64,000 nt of DNA from contig OZ024741.1 of assembly GCA_964016885.1 (NCBI GenBank), positions 168,950,001-169,014,000 on the forward strand, given 5' to 3'. Under the pieces are notes generated by a model. The model was given only the letters and a program-made list of their open reading frames with translations. It ran no database searches and was not told where the DNA came from. The translations under genes and the position numbers were made by a program. Origin of the DNA: Eledone cirrhosa. Lineage: Eukaryota. Position 1 is the first letter of the stretch, and each line of letters opens with the position of its first letter. Shown in pieces: positions 12,851 to 27,053 of this stretch.

Positions 12851-14691
12851 ATTAAAACTACAAGAAGCACTATCGGCCAATACAACCCGAAAACTCCGAA
12901 GAATATGGAGTGTACATACACTAAAGTATTGGAAGATTATGGGTAAAAATATATAATAAAAATCACTAAGGTGGTGGATAACATTTTGAACCATATTACA
13001 AATATAGTCCAAAGCAGAAAACTAGAGCTAAACAAAGGTGGTTATATAGAGCGGGAATTTTAGTACTATATGTAATACAATATAATATAATATAATATAC
13101 TTGTAACAATATTAAAATTAAAATTAAAATTAAAAGGCACAATATACATATGTATATATATACACACACGTACGCACATATACATATACATCAATACACA
13201 TTTCCATCATTAACAGCACAAATTAAACCTTATTAAGAGTTTAAATATAAATAAGCATAATAGGAATAAAAATAAAAATACAAAATATTACGTATATATA
13301 ATATACAGTATAACATGAAGTAATGAAATGATTAAAAGTAAAACATATAATATATAATAAACTATATAATTATATAATATATAATATAATATAATATAAT
13401 ATAATAGATAATCTCCGGTTAATTTACACAAACAATATAGATGTCACAATAACACTATAATAATAATATAATAATATATAATGGCATGTAAGTTAACAAA
13501 TCAATTCATATAGAGTTACTGAGCAGGTGAGAAAAAAATATATATTGTACAATACCAAAATCAAAATTCTGATGGTACAAAAATATAAACATCTTATGGA
13601 ATATATAAAATATAACATATCATAATGGTATATAAAATCATCAGTAAGTTACAAAGATCAATATTACATTTACAAAGAGTTGAATAACAACTTCAATATA
13701 AAATAATGAACATAATATAATATATAATTACTTATAATTACAAGGTTGGTAAACAGACACATATGTGAATGAGTGAATAAGGGCCAGACAGAAAATATTA
13801 TGCACAGTAGTATTAATAAATAAATAAATAAAATCGACCGGAAATCAAAAAACAAAAACAAAAGTTTTTACTTAGGTCTCACATGCAGTTAAGTAAAAAC
13901 TTAGGAAACAACCCGGATAAATGACTAGAAAACCTTATTTGATAAATTAATATTGAAAATATTTAAAATACTTAATAAGGCAATACAATATTAGCTATGG
14001 TTTAAGTAATCAAAATTCCTAAACATTAAGATATCAACTATAAAAATATATAGAAAGGAATGAAATATTCTACTATCATTTACATAACGTTATCTAATAA
14101 ACTGTCTTAAGCAGAATTATGGTAGGCTAATGTGGACAGAAAAAAGAAATGTATGGAGGATACAAAGGAGCATAAAATCATAATCAATATACAGTTATTA
14201 ACCATTATCACAACAACGAACACTTTACTACTACTACTACACACATACACACACACATATTTGTTGTGAAAGAGTCATTTCTCAGTCAGCCGTCACAAAC
14301 CTACATTTGAGCAAAATCAATTTTTTACATTCACATGACCTCTACCGACCAATCAAAGTTGTTTTGACCACAAGAATTTTTTGCAACACGAATTGGCGCA
14401 AAACTTATTTTAATACCGCTGGAGCCACTTTTTTAACATAAAAACAGGTAGAATTCCCAAAACTAATCAGATCAGAGCAAACATCACGGACGCTCTATCT
14501 CAAAATTATTTTTGAAAAGCATTAGAAATGCGCAACCGGTAAAACTTAAAAGCAAAACTGAATAATAACCAATACAATTACTAATTCTCACTTATTCCTA
14601 ATTAAACTATTTTTCACTGTGAAAAATTTGTCACCATTTTCTATTCCGTTTACCAATATATAATAACTTGTGTGTTACACCTCTATTCTTT

Positions 14692-14797
<106 letters not shown>

Positions 14798-15521
14798 GTG
14801 TTTCTGCGGCACAGAGATCATAATGTTTCCTGTTGCCAATATAACATCTAGCGAGTGCCAAGATTTCTCAATGAAAACTATATTTCTGTCTTTCAAGTTC
14901 CAGATGTAGACCATATTTGAAGACATATTCCTTCTATTTGAATTATTAAAACGAATATGTGTATATATTATCGTAGTATAGATTTGTTGACTGCTAACAC
15001 AACATATGATGTTAATCATACATTTATAAACTATATTGCTAGAAAAGCAATTTTCTACTAGACGACAATTTTCCCTATTTATGCACATACATTTATAACT
15101 AATTCAATAGTAGTCTCTCTTGAAACATCAAGAGATAGCAAGCTCATCAGTGTTAAAACGTAATATACCATGTAGTTATAAGATTGGTAAAATAATCTAG
15201 GAGTCTCAGTTTATAACCTGTTTGAGTACTTGTCAGCTGGTCTGTATAATTTTTATGCTTACAGGGAAAGAAACATGCACAGAATTTGTGAAGTAGCCGT
15301 GTAAATGATATTTTGCAGCTCATTGATTTTAGGCAATCTAGGAATTTGGGTTTATAAGTGTTTGCCCTCTTGGATATCATTTCTGGTGCCTCAATGACCA
15401 CAGTCAATGTAATTGTTTAGAGATGCCATATTCGATTAATTTCTATTTCGAAGGTCTTCGTATTTACAAAGTTTCTGAACTGTTTTCATAGAGGTGGTTT
15501 TGTCAGCAGGGTTGCAACCAG

Positions 15522-15553
<32 letters not shown>

Positions 15554-15673
15554 TACACACATATATATATATATATATATATATTCGGTGAATCCATACG
15601 TGGATATATATGTGTGCATGTATGTATATATATATACATACTACTGTACGTCTGTATACATATATGTATGTAC

Positions 15674-15756
<83 letters not shown>

Positions 15757-15759
<3 letters not shown>

Positions 15760-16460
15760 AGATTTGAATGGATACAGTTTAGTTGAAAGGAATTTATTGA
15801 CACGTGTTTCTATAACAGTTACATAACCTGAAAACAGCTATCTACAAACTTTTAGTTATGCAGACATTCAATATTTCAATGTTATTATTTACTGTCATTT
15901 CATCAGAATAATATTACTGAGGACCTATTTAGTTTTTATAGAGAATATTAGGAGGGCGGGGTGAAGTTGTTGGAAGAATAGTTGAAGGAGTGGTTTTTCG
16001 ATAGCAGTGAGAATTCTTGGTGGCAGTGAGTAATTAGATTCCCATCTGTTGTTTTGACATTTTTTATAGAATATATTATTGGTTATTTTTCTAAATCTAT
16101 AGAAGGATTAGAGATAGTAAAGATATGCGTGGTTGGTTTTGTGTTTGCACTTAATTAACATTCAGACTTAAATTTTTCTTTCAAGTGTACGTATCCTTTC
16201 ACCCACGCATTCACACACAAATATATTTGCACACCTCTACAAAATACATATACTCACAATTCACATACAATACACATGCATACACATATATATACACACA
16301 TGTATTCATGTACATACATACGCGCTCATGTGTATACATTTTCATACTCAACTTATCTTTATATACACACGTATAGACACACTCATATATACATACATAC
16401 TCTAGTCCATGTGTACACACATACACATACTTACACATCCATATACACATATATACATAC

Positions 16461-16529
<69 letters not shown>

Positions 16530-17316
16530 CATATATACATACACATACATACACACATATATACATACATATATATATATAAGCACTTTAATACATGAAT
16601 ACACTTACATCTAACTATACACATCAAACATATATATATATTTACTTATTTATATACATTTTCACATATATATACATACTTATGGACGTTTTTAGACACA
16701 TTCATTATCGCATATTTGTACCTATTCTCATCAGCATATCTTTTCATTATTAGTATGGTAATTTAAGGTTATTAATATATGTTGAGAAGAGATTGTTTTT
16801 ATATTTTTCTAACTAGATTAAGGTTTATATAGTTGGGGGATGTCCCTCTTTTATGTAATATTCGGCTTGTAGTGGGAAAAAAGGGTTTTAGTTCTGTGAC
16901 GGCAGAATAATGTTCGTTCAATTCTGTTATTCAGCAGTTTCTTCTTGTGTGTGATTATGTAATAAATCTCAAGATTACATAATTTGCAGAAATTTTGGCT
17001 CCTGGAAAAGCTTTGGGTTTTAGCTAATTTTTCCCATTTTAGGGTAAACTTTTGGTCGCTATCCCTGAGCGTCCAAGCTTTTTCTGCTAAAGTTGTTACA
17101 TTTCTTTGGCTCTGGTGTTTTATTGAGTAAGAATGCCTATACAATCGAGATTTAAACGATGTTGCCGTTGATCCCACGTAATACCACTCGTTGCCTCCGG
17201 ATTTAATGGTACACTTATAAATAATATTTTTTTCCAGGCAGTTATTGCCGAGGGGGCAGTTGTCAGGATAGGTGCAGTTACAGTTGTGTACGTTGGGTTT
17301 TCTCTGGAGTAGTATT
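15757..17316 (-). mobile_element. 5'-truncated Penelope-like element (GIY-YIG plus long 3'UTR with hammerhead-like motif at 15865-15910)
   Basis: ORF 16851-17177: YVGSTATSFKSRLYRH..CKLCNLE..LLNNRIE..CRH. Near-identical to 53208-56167. Confidence 0.9.
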
Positions 17317-17563
17317 TCTCATTGAACTTAAATATGTGGCCCTTTAGGGTAGTTTTGATACTAGCCCCTATTGCATGTGCGACCATTTTTCTTACCTGAT
17401 CAGTGTTTTGGGGGGTCCGTATAGCTTTGGTCCACCCAATCCACCTTCCTATGGGAGTCTTTTTTGCCATTGAGGTTATGGTGGGGGGTCTACCTCTTAT
17501 AGGTCTACTAGGGCAGAAACATCTAAGGCCATGGCTGTCTAGGTAGTCAGTGTCGTAGGTAAG
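17317..17563 (-). mobile_element. Fragment of a different putative PLE-type RT fused to the Penelope 5' end
   Basis: RKMVAHAIGASIKTTLKGHIFKFNEKYY resembles the N/H-x-F-x-F-N segment upstream of RT motif B; absent from the 56 kb paralogue. Confidence 0.4.
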
Positions 17564-18349
17564 TCTAAGTAGGAGGCCCCGTTCGTCTGTGTCGATGTCG
17601 CAGTTGCAGGTTTATATGCATATATATGTGAATACATGTGAATATATGCATATATATATATATATACTCGTCCATGTATATATATATGCATATACTCGTC
17701 CATGTATATACTCGTACTTGCATAGTATCGCTAAAAAGCTTTCTCCGATATTGTATTTCTTTTTTTAAATGCATATAATGTTACCTTTTTACACCACCGT
17801 TTGCGAATTTCTGTTTTATATGTTTATACACGAGATATGGCTTTCTATAATAATAGTACTAAACACTGTTTTCTGGACCCCTTTAGAAATAACCTGCTAC
17901 TATAATAGCCCCAATAACTTGTCTGTGACTCTGTACCACTTTGACCCCTTTAACTAAATTTTGTCCGAACAACACCACTAGAAGAATTTACTTCCCCCGT
18001 CAGCCCTAGCACGCCTCATTAAGCTAACTGCTGCCAAAACATTCTCTCCTTACAATCTCTACTAGTCTGACAGTCTTAAATCCTAGGACTCCCTCCACCT
18101 TACTCACTTCCCTCTTCCCCTTCTCTTCCTACCTCCTTCTTTCTCTTTTATCTAGTGTATAAAATATTTTCATATCATTCCAATACAAAGGTCTGACGAC
18201 ATGGTGTGTTTGCTTACAGTGTACCTTCGGTTTATGATAATATTTTTATATTATTCAAATAGCGAGGTATAGGTAACCCATACACTATAGAAACAACTGT
18301 TACCTAATAAATTCTGTATACCCGCATTTCCATTTCATAAACTTCCTCT

Positions 18350-18935
<586 letters not shown>

Positions 18936-18936
18936 C

Positions 18937-18991
<55 letters not shown>

Positions 18992-19038
18992 TCTCTCTCT
19001 CCCCCTCTCTCTCTCTCTCTCTCTCTCTCCCTATATAT

Positions 19039-19131
<93 letters not shown>

Positions 19132-19412
19132 GTGTGCGTGTATGTATGTGTATGTGTGTGTGCGTGTGTGTAAATGTATACATATATTCATATCTATATG
19201 TGCGCATATGTGAGTGTGTGTGCAAATATGCAAGTACGAGTATATACATGGACGAGTATATGCATATAATCTGAAATATATGTATGCGTGAAAGTATATG
19301 TATGTGCAGACCCGAGAGTGTTATTCTTAAATATGATAATGCAAGTATAGGAAATGGCAGAAGTGCCGAAATATATCTGAATATGTTTATTATTATTATT
19401 ATTATTATTTTC

Positions 19413-19590
19413 ATGGTGGATTGGCAGTTTTGGTCGGACGCCATGCTTTGACGCATAGAGTTTCGGCCCTTGCCATTCTGAGTTCAAATCCAGCCGAGGT
19501 TAACTTTGCCTTTCATTCTTATGGGGTCGATGAAATAAAGTACCAGTAATACACTGGGTATTTGCTGGCCTTGTGCCAAAAGTAGAAACA
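19413..19590 (+). mobile_element. tRNA-derived SINE in (ATT)n
   Basis: B-box GAGTTCAAATCC; close match to 30382-30569; ATT tracts on both sides. Confidence 0.85.
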
Positions 19591-19608
19591 ATTATTATTA
19601 CTATTATT

Positions 19609-20628
19609 TTGACTGAGCTGCAGTCCTGGGGCAAGAAGAGACCGAGACTGGGTGACTGGCACTTCGAATGTTGCCAGGCACTCACTGCCCTCTACCAAGC
19701 GGGCAATGCAATCAGTGGAACTTCCACTCTCGAGTTCTATAGAGGATTAGTGGTGGGCAAGTGCAATGACGCACTCGGAGAAGCTTTGGGCCTCGACGAA
19801 GTCGAACTGACCAGTCTGTACCGGAGGACTTTCGAGCCGGGGAAGATGGACAATTTCCAGAAATCCCTCGCTTGGCAGTGCTACCGGGGGCACTGCCGGT
19901 TCGGGATAAACTCTACAGACACGGAAGTGCTGTCAGACGGACCTGCCCAAGATGCGCACAGAACGACGAAACCGTTCTGCACGCACTTGTCCAATGTCCG
20001 TGCATTACTGACTTGTGGAGTTATGTCGAACAGCTACTGTCGCGTGTGGAACGAATCCGGCTATCGGTCGAGTCCATAGTGAAAATCGACCCGCCGCCTT
20101 CCTTAGGTCAGGAAGAGCAGGAAATTTTCCTCTGTCTGGTGGCAGTTGCTAAAGAGGTTATATGGTGGACCAGGTTAAAAGGACTGAAGACAGACACTTT
20201 TCTCTTCGGCCAATCCCTCATCAACTTCTTCAAGTTTCACTTGGAAAGGAAGGTGAGGGTGGGTAGAGAAGTGCTTCCCTCCAGTACATTTTCTAAAAGG
20301 TGGATGAATGTGGCGAGAATGGCTCGTGTGAATGGGCCTACTCTGACCATGCTGCGCCTATAGGCTAGCTAACTTGAGGAGAGGGGTACTCTCCCTGGGT
20401 GCCCTAGAAGCGCAGGGTGGTTCAGGATTGGTGGGGTACCTGAGTCACCTCAGGGTCGTCCACCCCCTATCGGGGAATTTATTTTGTTTTATTTATGCAT
20501 AATTTATTTTAAATTCTTACATCTTCATTGTTAAATTAGTCTTGCCATTGCGCACTTTTACTCGACCTTATTGTAAACCCCCACTGTCCCTGTCTTTGTA
20601 TTGTCCCTTGTGGCTAATAAATGAAATC
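19609..20628 (+). mobile_element. 5'-truncated Tx1-clade LINE (divergent subfamily)
   Basis: GALPVRDKL..CPRCAQNDETVLHALVQC C-terminal zinc finger; 3'UTR ends ccttgtggctaataaatgaaatc(ATT)n. Confidence 0.9.
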
Positions 20629-20646
20629 ATTATTATTATTATTATA

Positions 20647-21087
20647 GTTGCATTTATCTTGCTTTATGTTCATACGAGTTATCACCAAGTCACAACCAGT
20701 GACCTCAAGAGACAACAAGAAAGAACATACATATTCACACATGCATCTTTAGTGTTTAGACTTGTGATGTACTTATATTGACAGAATCTTCCTTAGTATA
20801 TGGGCAGTTCCCATTAGTACTATCTTTTCTATTTCTCCTATGCGCGGGTTTCCTGGGATTTGCGATAAGTAGTCGTTAGACCCCTTAGGTATCATTCCCA
20901 GAGCGCCTACAACCACTGGTATTGTTTTAGTTCTCAATTTCCACATTTTTTCCAATTTCTATCTCCAGGTCCTTATACTTGCTCAATTTTTCAAATGTTT
21001 TTATAGATACATTCTTGTCTATTGGAACAGACATGTCAATTAGCAGGCATACCCTCTTTTGAAAGTCCTTCAATATTATATCAGGTC

Positions 21088-21088
<1 letters not shown>
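20647..21088 (-). mobile_element. 3' fragment of R4/Dong-like family A
   Basis: Near-identical to 27052-27513 (RLE end plus 3'UTR); ATT tracts on both sides. Confidence 0.9.
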
Positions 21089-21121
<33 letters not shown>

Positions 21122-21329
21122 GGCGACCTACGTAGTAAATCGTATCAGCGTGAGCTCCGCAAAGGTTTGTTATTTCCGTTTGTTAAAAATTGCCATTTAT
21201 GGAAAATTTTATTGTTAACTGTTTATAAGCACACATACATTGTTTTCCGAAAAGGACACCCAAAAAGATTGGGGCCTTGTGTCCAAAATTTTAACTTTTA
21301 TTATTATCCAAAAATTTCTTTGAAAAAAA

Positions 21330-23283
21330 ATGGCTAATTCCCCTCTGCACGAAGCAGCTGAAAGCCTTCCTCACAAAATAACACCTCACACCGACACCAC
21401 CATTGTAAATGTTACTACGTTTGCCAACACAAAAAAAAATATAAGCAGTAGCAATATTTTAAATTTGTCTCAGGCAGACATTCATTTCCCGCCATTACCA
21501 ATGACTGCAGGTGTTAAAGCCTCCACCACCACCACCACCGCGACAACAGAAACAAAAGAAGAAAAAAATAAATTAACTCGTGATGTCGAAATGAAATCAA
21601 GCAAAATGGACTCTTCCGCACCAAAGACGACTGACGTCACCACCACCAAAACTGAAACTAAAATTAATATTAACGATAGCAACAACAACAACAATGACAT
21701 TGAGAAAACCACCCCTCAGTTTCGCAATAGTAGCAAAACAATTTGAAGCATTCACGGTAACTCAAGACGATTTAGAAAATGCCAAACAAATGGTAAAGAA
21801 AAATGGGTACAGGGTCAGCCTCACCCCCCCCCCCCCACCACCACCACCACCACCTAATAAAATGGAGCATCGGCGCCTATGCACCGTGTCGTATAGAACA
21901 ATAAATGTAAAATCGCGCCGAGTGGAACGGGCATCAGAGTCCCAAATCCAAAAAGCTTTGGGACATGTGTGGGCAAGAAAAACCCACATCAGACGTGGGC
22001 AAAAGTATGGAACCGTGGATGTGTTCTTTGAAACACCAGAGGAGGCTAGAGAACACTCCATGGCCCCATTAAAAAGTGACGACTTCACACTCGTCCCAAG
22101 CTATTGTGGCCAGAGACTCGTAAAGATCAGGGTGACCCACGTTCCACCGGCCATCGAAATTCCCTGGCTAATAGCGGCTGTCCTCGCCGGCATCGAAGCC
22201 AACACGAAAATAATAGCAATAGCAAAAGAAAAACAGGAGAACTGGTCCGGATCTGGGATGGAGCTCCTAATCCAAGCGGACCAAAAAAGCATTGAGGAGA
22301 TCCCAGAGGTAATAGACCTCACTGACGGCAGCCACCTCACGGTAATTGTCGAGGGCAGAAGACCTAGGTGTGTCGTTTGTGGTGAAGGAACCCACCTAAG
22401 GGCTTTCTGCCCTCAGGCTAAAAGGTTGAGGCCACCTCTCCTACCCACCCCAGTGACACAACCATCAACACCACCAGTAGCAGAGATGGCAGCAACAACT
22501 GTAGCAGCAACAACAGAAGCAACTATAACAGCAACAACCCCAGCAACAGTAGCAGAACCAACACCACCACCACCCAACGCTTCAGAACTAGCACCAGCGC
22601 CTACACCATCCACCACACCACAACCAAAACTAACGGCTGTGGAGGATTTTCCACTCCCCGGCCTATCACAACTGGAGACAGATTGTGACGACGAGGAGTG
22701 GGAAACGATATCCGGAAAAAAAAAAAGAAACCAAAAAAGAAAAAATTCTCTTCCTTCCCCCTCCAAAAACAAAATACAGAGGGAAACAAATAAACTAAGA
22801 AACAAAAGAGTTAGGACAGATATGCCACCATCCACACCAGCATCACCAACCCCATCAACCCAAACACCAACACCATCACCATCATTAACTCCAACACCAC
22901 CATCACCTACACCACAAAAGTCACCAAAATGCGAAACAGAAACAAACCCACAACAAACGCAAACAAAACAAAACAACCAAAACGATACACACTACACAGC
23001 ATTAAATTTGAACAACAAGCAATTATTACACTACATCCAACACAACACCAGCATCACAGAAAAAGACTACACAACAACCCCAAAATTCACACCACCTCCA
23101 CACATACAAATCACTCGCATCACACAGAAAACGTACATGACACTAAAACAAAAATTCCCCAAAGACATCGGAGACTTCCGACAAGCACTCTCCAGGAGGA
23201 TTTATAAGGACATCCTTCCTGAGGAGGCCACAAGCAGTGAAAAGGATGGAAAAACCGTCCTTACCCTACGAGAAGTAAGGTAA
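21330..23283 (+). CDS. Tx1 ORF1 (gag-like, CCHC zinc knuckle); one frameshift at ~21700-21745
   Basis: CVVCGEGTHLRAFC (CX2CX4HX4C), SFAxV motif, Pro/Thr-rich tail, WETISGKKKR. Confidence 0.8.
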
Positions 23284-23317
23284 GTCGTCTTTCCCATCTT
23301 TTCCACTCCTTTTCAAC

Positions 23318-26300
23318 ATGACCTCACTCAGAATAGGCAGCATAAATGCGCGTGGCTTGGGGTCGTCATGGAAGCAGGGCCACCTGCTCAACGACCTCAG
23401 GTCACTAAACATAGATGTAGTGGCCATCAGCGAGACCAGAATCTCCGAAGCACAGGCTTTCGCACCGATCTTCGGCGGCTACGATGTGTACGCATCTCCC
23501 AGCCGTCCGGGATCGGGGGGAGGAGTTGCTGTGCTTTTTCGGAGAGGTTTGGATCTTGCCATACGGGCCATCTTCCTGGACCCAGAAGGTAAGTTGGTGG
23601 TGCTGGACGTGACCAGCGGAGACGGGCAAGCTTTCAGGTTAGTGGCCGTCTATGCCCCGACAGGAGCAGGGCGGCCTGATTTCTTCTGGCGTCTGGAGAC
23701 CTTTCTTGGAACGTCCTGCTCTTTAGTGTTAGTGGGCGACTGGAACGGGATCTTAGATGCACGCTGGGATTGTGTGGGATTAGTGGATAGGGAAGGAGGG
23801 TGCAAGAGTCTCACCAACCTGCTCAGACGTTTTGAACTGTCTGACAGGTACCGAATGGATTTCCCGAATGTACCAATGTGGACTTGGACAAATCGCATAG
23901 GGTCATCCAGATCATATCTAGATAGAGTATTTTGTAGGGAAATAGATAGGTCTAGCATAGGCTGTCCACAATTCAAGATAGTCAGCTACACGGACCACAA
24001 ATTCGTGATCTGTGTGCTTGACTTAGATAGGCTTCATAGACGAGGACCCGGCTACTGGAAGCTAAACGCGTCCTTACCAGCGCGCAAGGCCTATAGAGAC
24101 CGGATTAGCGAACTAGTTAAGCGGGCGTTGACGGGGGCCATCGTCAACAACAAGTGGTGGTTTGCTCTGAAAAGAGCAATTAGAATAGAGTCCATTAGGT
24201 TTAGTAAGACTTTAGCAATAGAGAAAAATAGAGCAGAGGGAGAACTAGTTAGAAAATTAGATGAGGCGCTTAGCAAAGGCATCGCGACCGACGTACTTGC
24301 GGCGAAATTGGCCCTTGACCAATTCTTCAATGCAAAGCACGAAGGCTGCGTTGTCAGAGCTAGGGTGCGTGCTCTCAGACACGAGGGGACGAAAGCCGTT
24401 CAATGGGCCCGAGTGGCGGAGGTGCGTCGTGGCAACAAAGCCACGATCCGGTCTTTGGTGGACCACGACGGGCACATGCTACTCGATCCCGGGCAAATGT
24501 GTGAAGCTTTTCAGCGACACTTCGCTCAACTGTTCGGGGGCAGTGGCGGGCCGGATCGAGGGATGGACTTTAGTGTCTACCTCGACGGACTGCCGCGGCT
24601 TTCGGCCACTGAGGCGGAGTGTTGCGAAAAGCCGATAACAACCGCTGAAGTACGGGATGCAATGACTAGTTGCACAAGGGGTAAATCGCCTGGTTTGGAT
24701 GGTCTGCCCTATGAACTTTACGTACAAATGCCAAACTTGTTCGGAGGCCTCTTGGCGGACGTCTACTGCAACTGGCAACAGAACGGGAGAATTCCCAGCT
24801 CTGTGAGCCGAGGAGCGGTGGCGCTGCTGAGAAAGGATCCGAAAAAGGGGGATAACATAGATAATTTTAGGCCCATAACTCTGCTAAACACAGAGTTCAA
24901 GATTTTGGCCAAGGTGCTAGCAAAGAGGTTGGCGCTTGTCGTTGGTGGTCTGGTGGGAGAGGCACAGACATGCGCCATTTCCGACAGATCCATCCACGAC
25001 AACCTCCACCTCATGCGATACATCGTAGAGAGGGTAGCTAGGGAACCTGGCACGGGTGGGTCTTTGATCAATTTAGATCAGTCGAAAGCCTTCGATAGGG
25101 TCGACCATCGTTACCTAGCGGCAGTCCTGAGGGCGGCTGGCTTTGGGCCCGTCTTCAGAGGCTGGATCGCTGCCATGCACAGCGACATCTGCTCTGTAGT
25201 GAGAGTGAACGGTCACCTTTCGGAACCTTTCAACATCATGCGCTCGGTCCGCCAAGGATGTCCCCTCTCGTCCCTATTGTACGTATTGACTCTCGAGCCA
25301 TTACTGCACAAACTGGAGACGTTGAGGGGGGTCCCGCGCGAACTAGGATGCGGAAGATCCGTGTCAGCATATGCCGACGATGTCACCGTAGTGGTGTCGA
25401 ACGCCAAACACATCGAGGTGATCGGCACTACACTAAGAGAATACGAAGCGGTTACAGGAGCAATGATCAACCAGGAAAAGTCAGTGGGCCTGCAGCTCGG
25501 CACCTGGAGAGGAATGTCCATGCCGTCCAACAGCGTCGTCGGGCGCTGGACGGACGGACCGGTTAAATTGCTAGGGTCTGGTTCGGTCCAGACCTCCAGA
25601 CAGACAAAAACTGGGACGAGGTGACGAGCAGGGTGGCTTCTCTCACCCAGAAATGGGCCGAGAGGAAGCTATCCCTGAAAGGTCGAGCGGAGGTGGCGAA
25701 TGCGTACATCGCATCCGTCATCTACTACAGCCTGACCGTCGTACCTTGTCCTAAGCCCCGCCTGACTGCGCTGGAGCGTTTGCTCTTTCGCTTCTTGTGG
25801 AAGGGACGCGCTCCGATGGTCAGGCGGTCCATCTGCTGTCAACACCCGCTACGTGGAGGGCTGGGCATGCCGTGGCTGATGATGCGCAGACACGCGCTCA
25901 GGCTACGACATCTCCACCTCTTCCTCGACGGTGATCAGGTGTGGTCGCCGTTTGCTAGACACGTTTTTCCCCAGCTCGTCTCCTTGACGGAGCTGCAGTC
26001 CTGGGTCAAGCGAAGACCGAGAGGGAGCGCTTGGAAACTGGAATGTATTCAGGCGCTCACAGCCCTCGACCAATCGGGCAATGTGATCGGTGGAAACTCC
26101 ACCTTGGCGTTCTATAGGGGATTAGTGGAGGGGAAGAGCGACGACGTACTTGGAGAAACTCTAGGCGTCGACGAAAATCAACTAGCCAATCTCTTCGGAA
26201 GGACTTTCGGGCCGGGGCCTATGGACAACTTCCAGAAATCCCTGGCCTGGCAGTGCTACCGAGGAGCTTTGCCAGTTCGGGATAAACTCTACAGGCATGG

Positions 26301-26736
26301 AGGTGCCGTCAGCCGGGCATGTCCGAGATGCGTGCAGGGCGACGAAACCGTCCTGCACGCACTCGTCCAGTGTCCGAGCATTTCTGACTTGTGGGTTTAT
26401 GTCGAACACCTGCTGTCACGTGTAGGACGGATCCAGCTATCAGCTGAGTCAATCGTGAGGATTGCCCCGCCCTCTTCCTTTAGCCTGGAAGGGCAGGCAG
26501 TTTTTATCTGTCTGGTGGCCATGGCGAAAGAGATAGTATGGTGGACACGTTTGAAAGGGCTGAAGACGAGCACTTACCTCTTCGGTGATGCCCTGATTAA
26601 CTTTTTCAAATTTCATTTGAAAAGGAAAATCAGGGTAGAGAGGGAAGTGCTCTCTTCCCAGCATTTTGTTGAAAGATGGGTGAGAGAAGCAAGTATGGCC
26701 CGAATGAATGGGCCTTCTCTGAGTATGTGTCTGTAA
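23318..26736 (+). CDS. Tx1 ORF2: APE endonuclease, RT and zinc finger; one frameshift at ~25578
   Basis: SINARGL, SET, YAP, GDWN, LDR, TDH; KSPGLDG, RPITLLN, KAFDRV, RQGCPLS, YADD; CPRC..ETVLHALVQC. Confidence 0.92.
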
Positions 26737-26981
26737 ATTAAAGGTGGAAAACTGGGAGAGGGCACTTGCCCTGGTGGTCAGGGCCACTGTGGTCTTTTAA
26801 TGGGCTTTCTCCACAAATGTCCCTCGGAAGTCTCCCCCCCCCTATTGGGGAATTTTTCTTTGTTATTTTATTTCAACCTCTGTTTTTTTACACGCAGAAA
26901 TGCCCATTTGTACCGTCCTGTATTGTCCTGTACTGTCCTTAATGTCTACTTTATGTAAACCCTTGTGGTTAATAAAGAAAA

Positions 26982-27051
<70 letters not shown>

Positions 27052-27053
<2 letters not shown>

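Larger units (their letters stand above)
21122..26982 (+). mobile_element. Full-length Tx1/L1-clade LINE in (ATT)n
   Basis: 5'UTR shared with the 33400 copy, ORF1, ORF2 (APE-RT-zf), 3'UTR ending aataaagaaaac(ATT)n. Confidence 0.93.
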
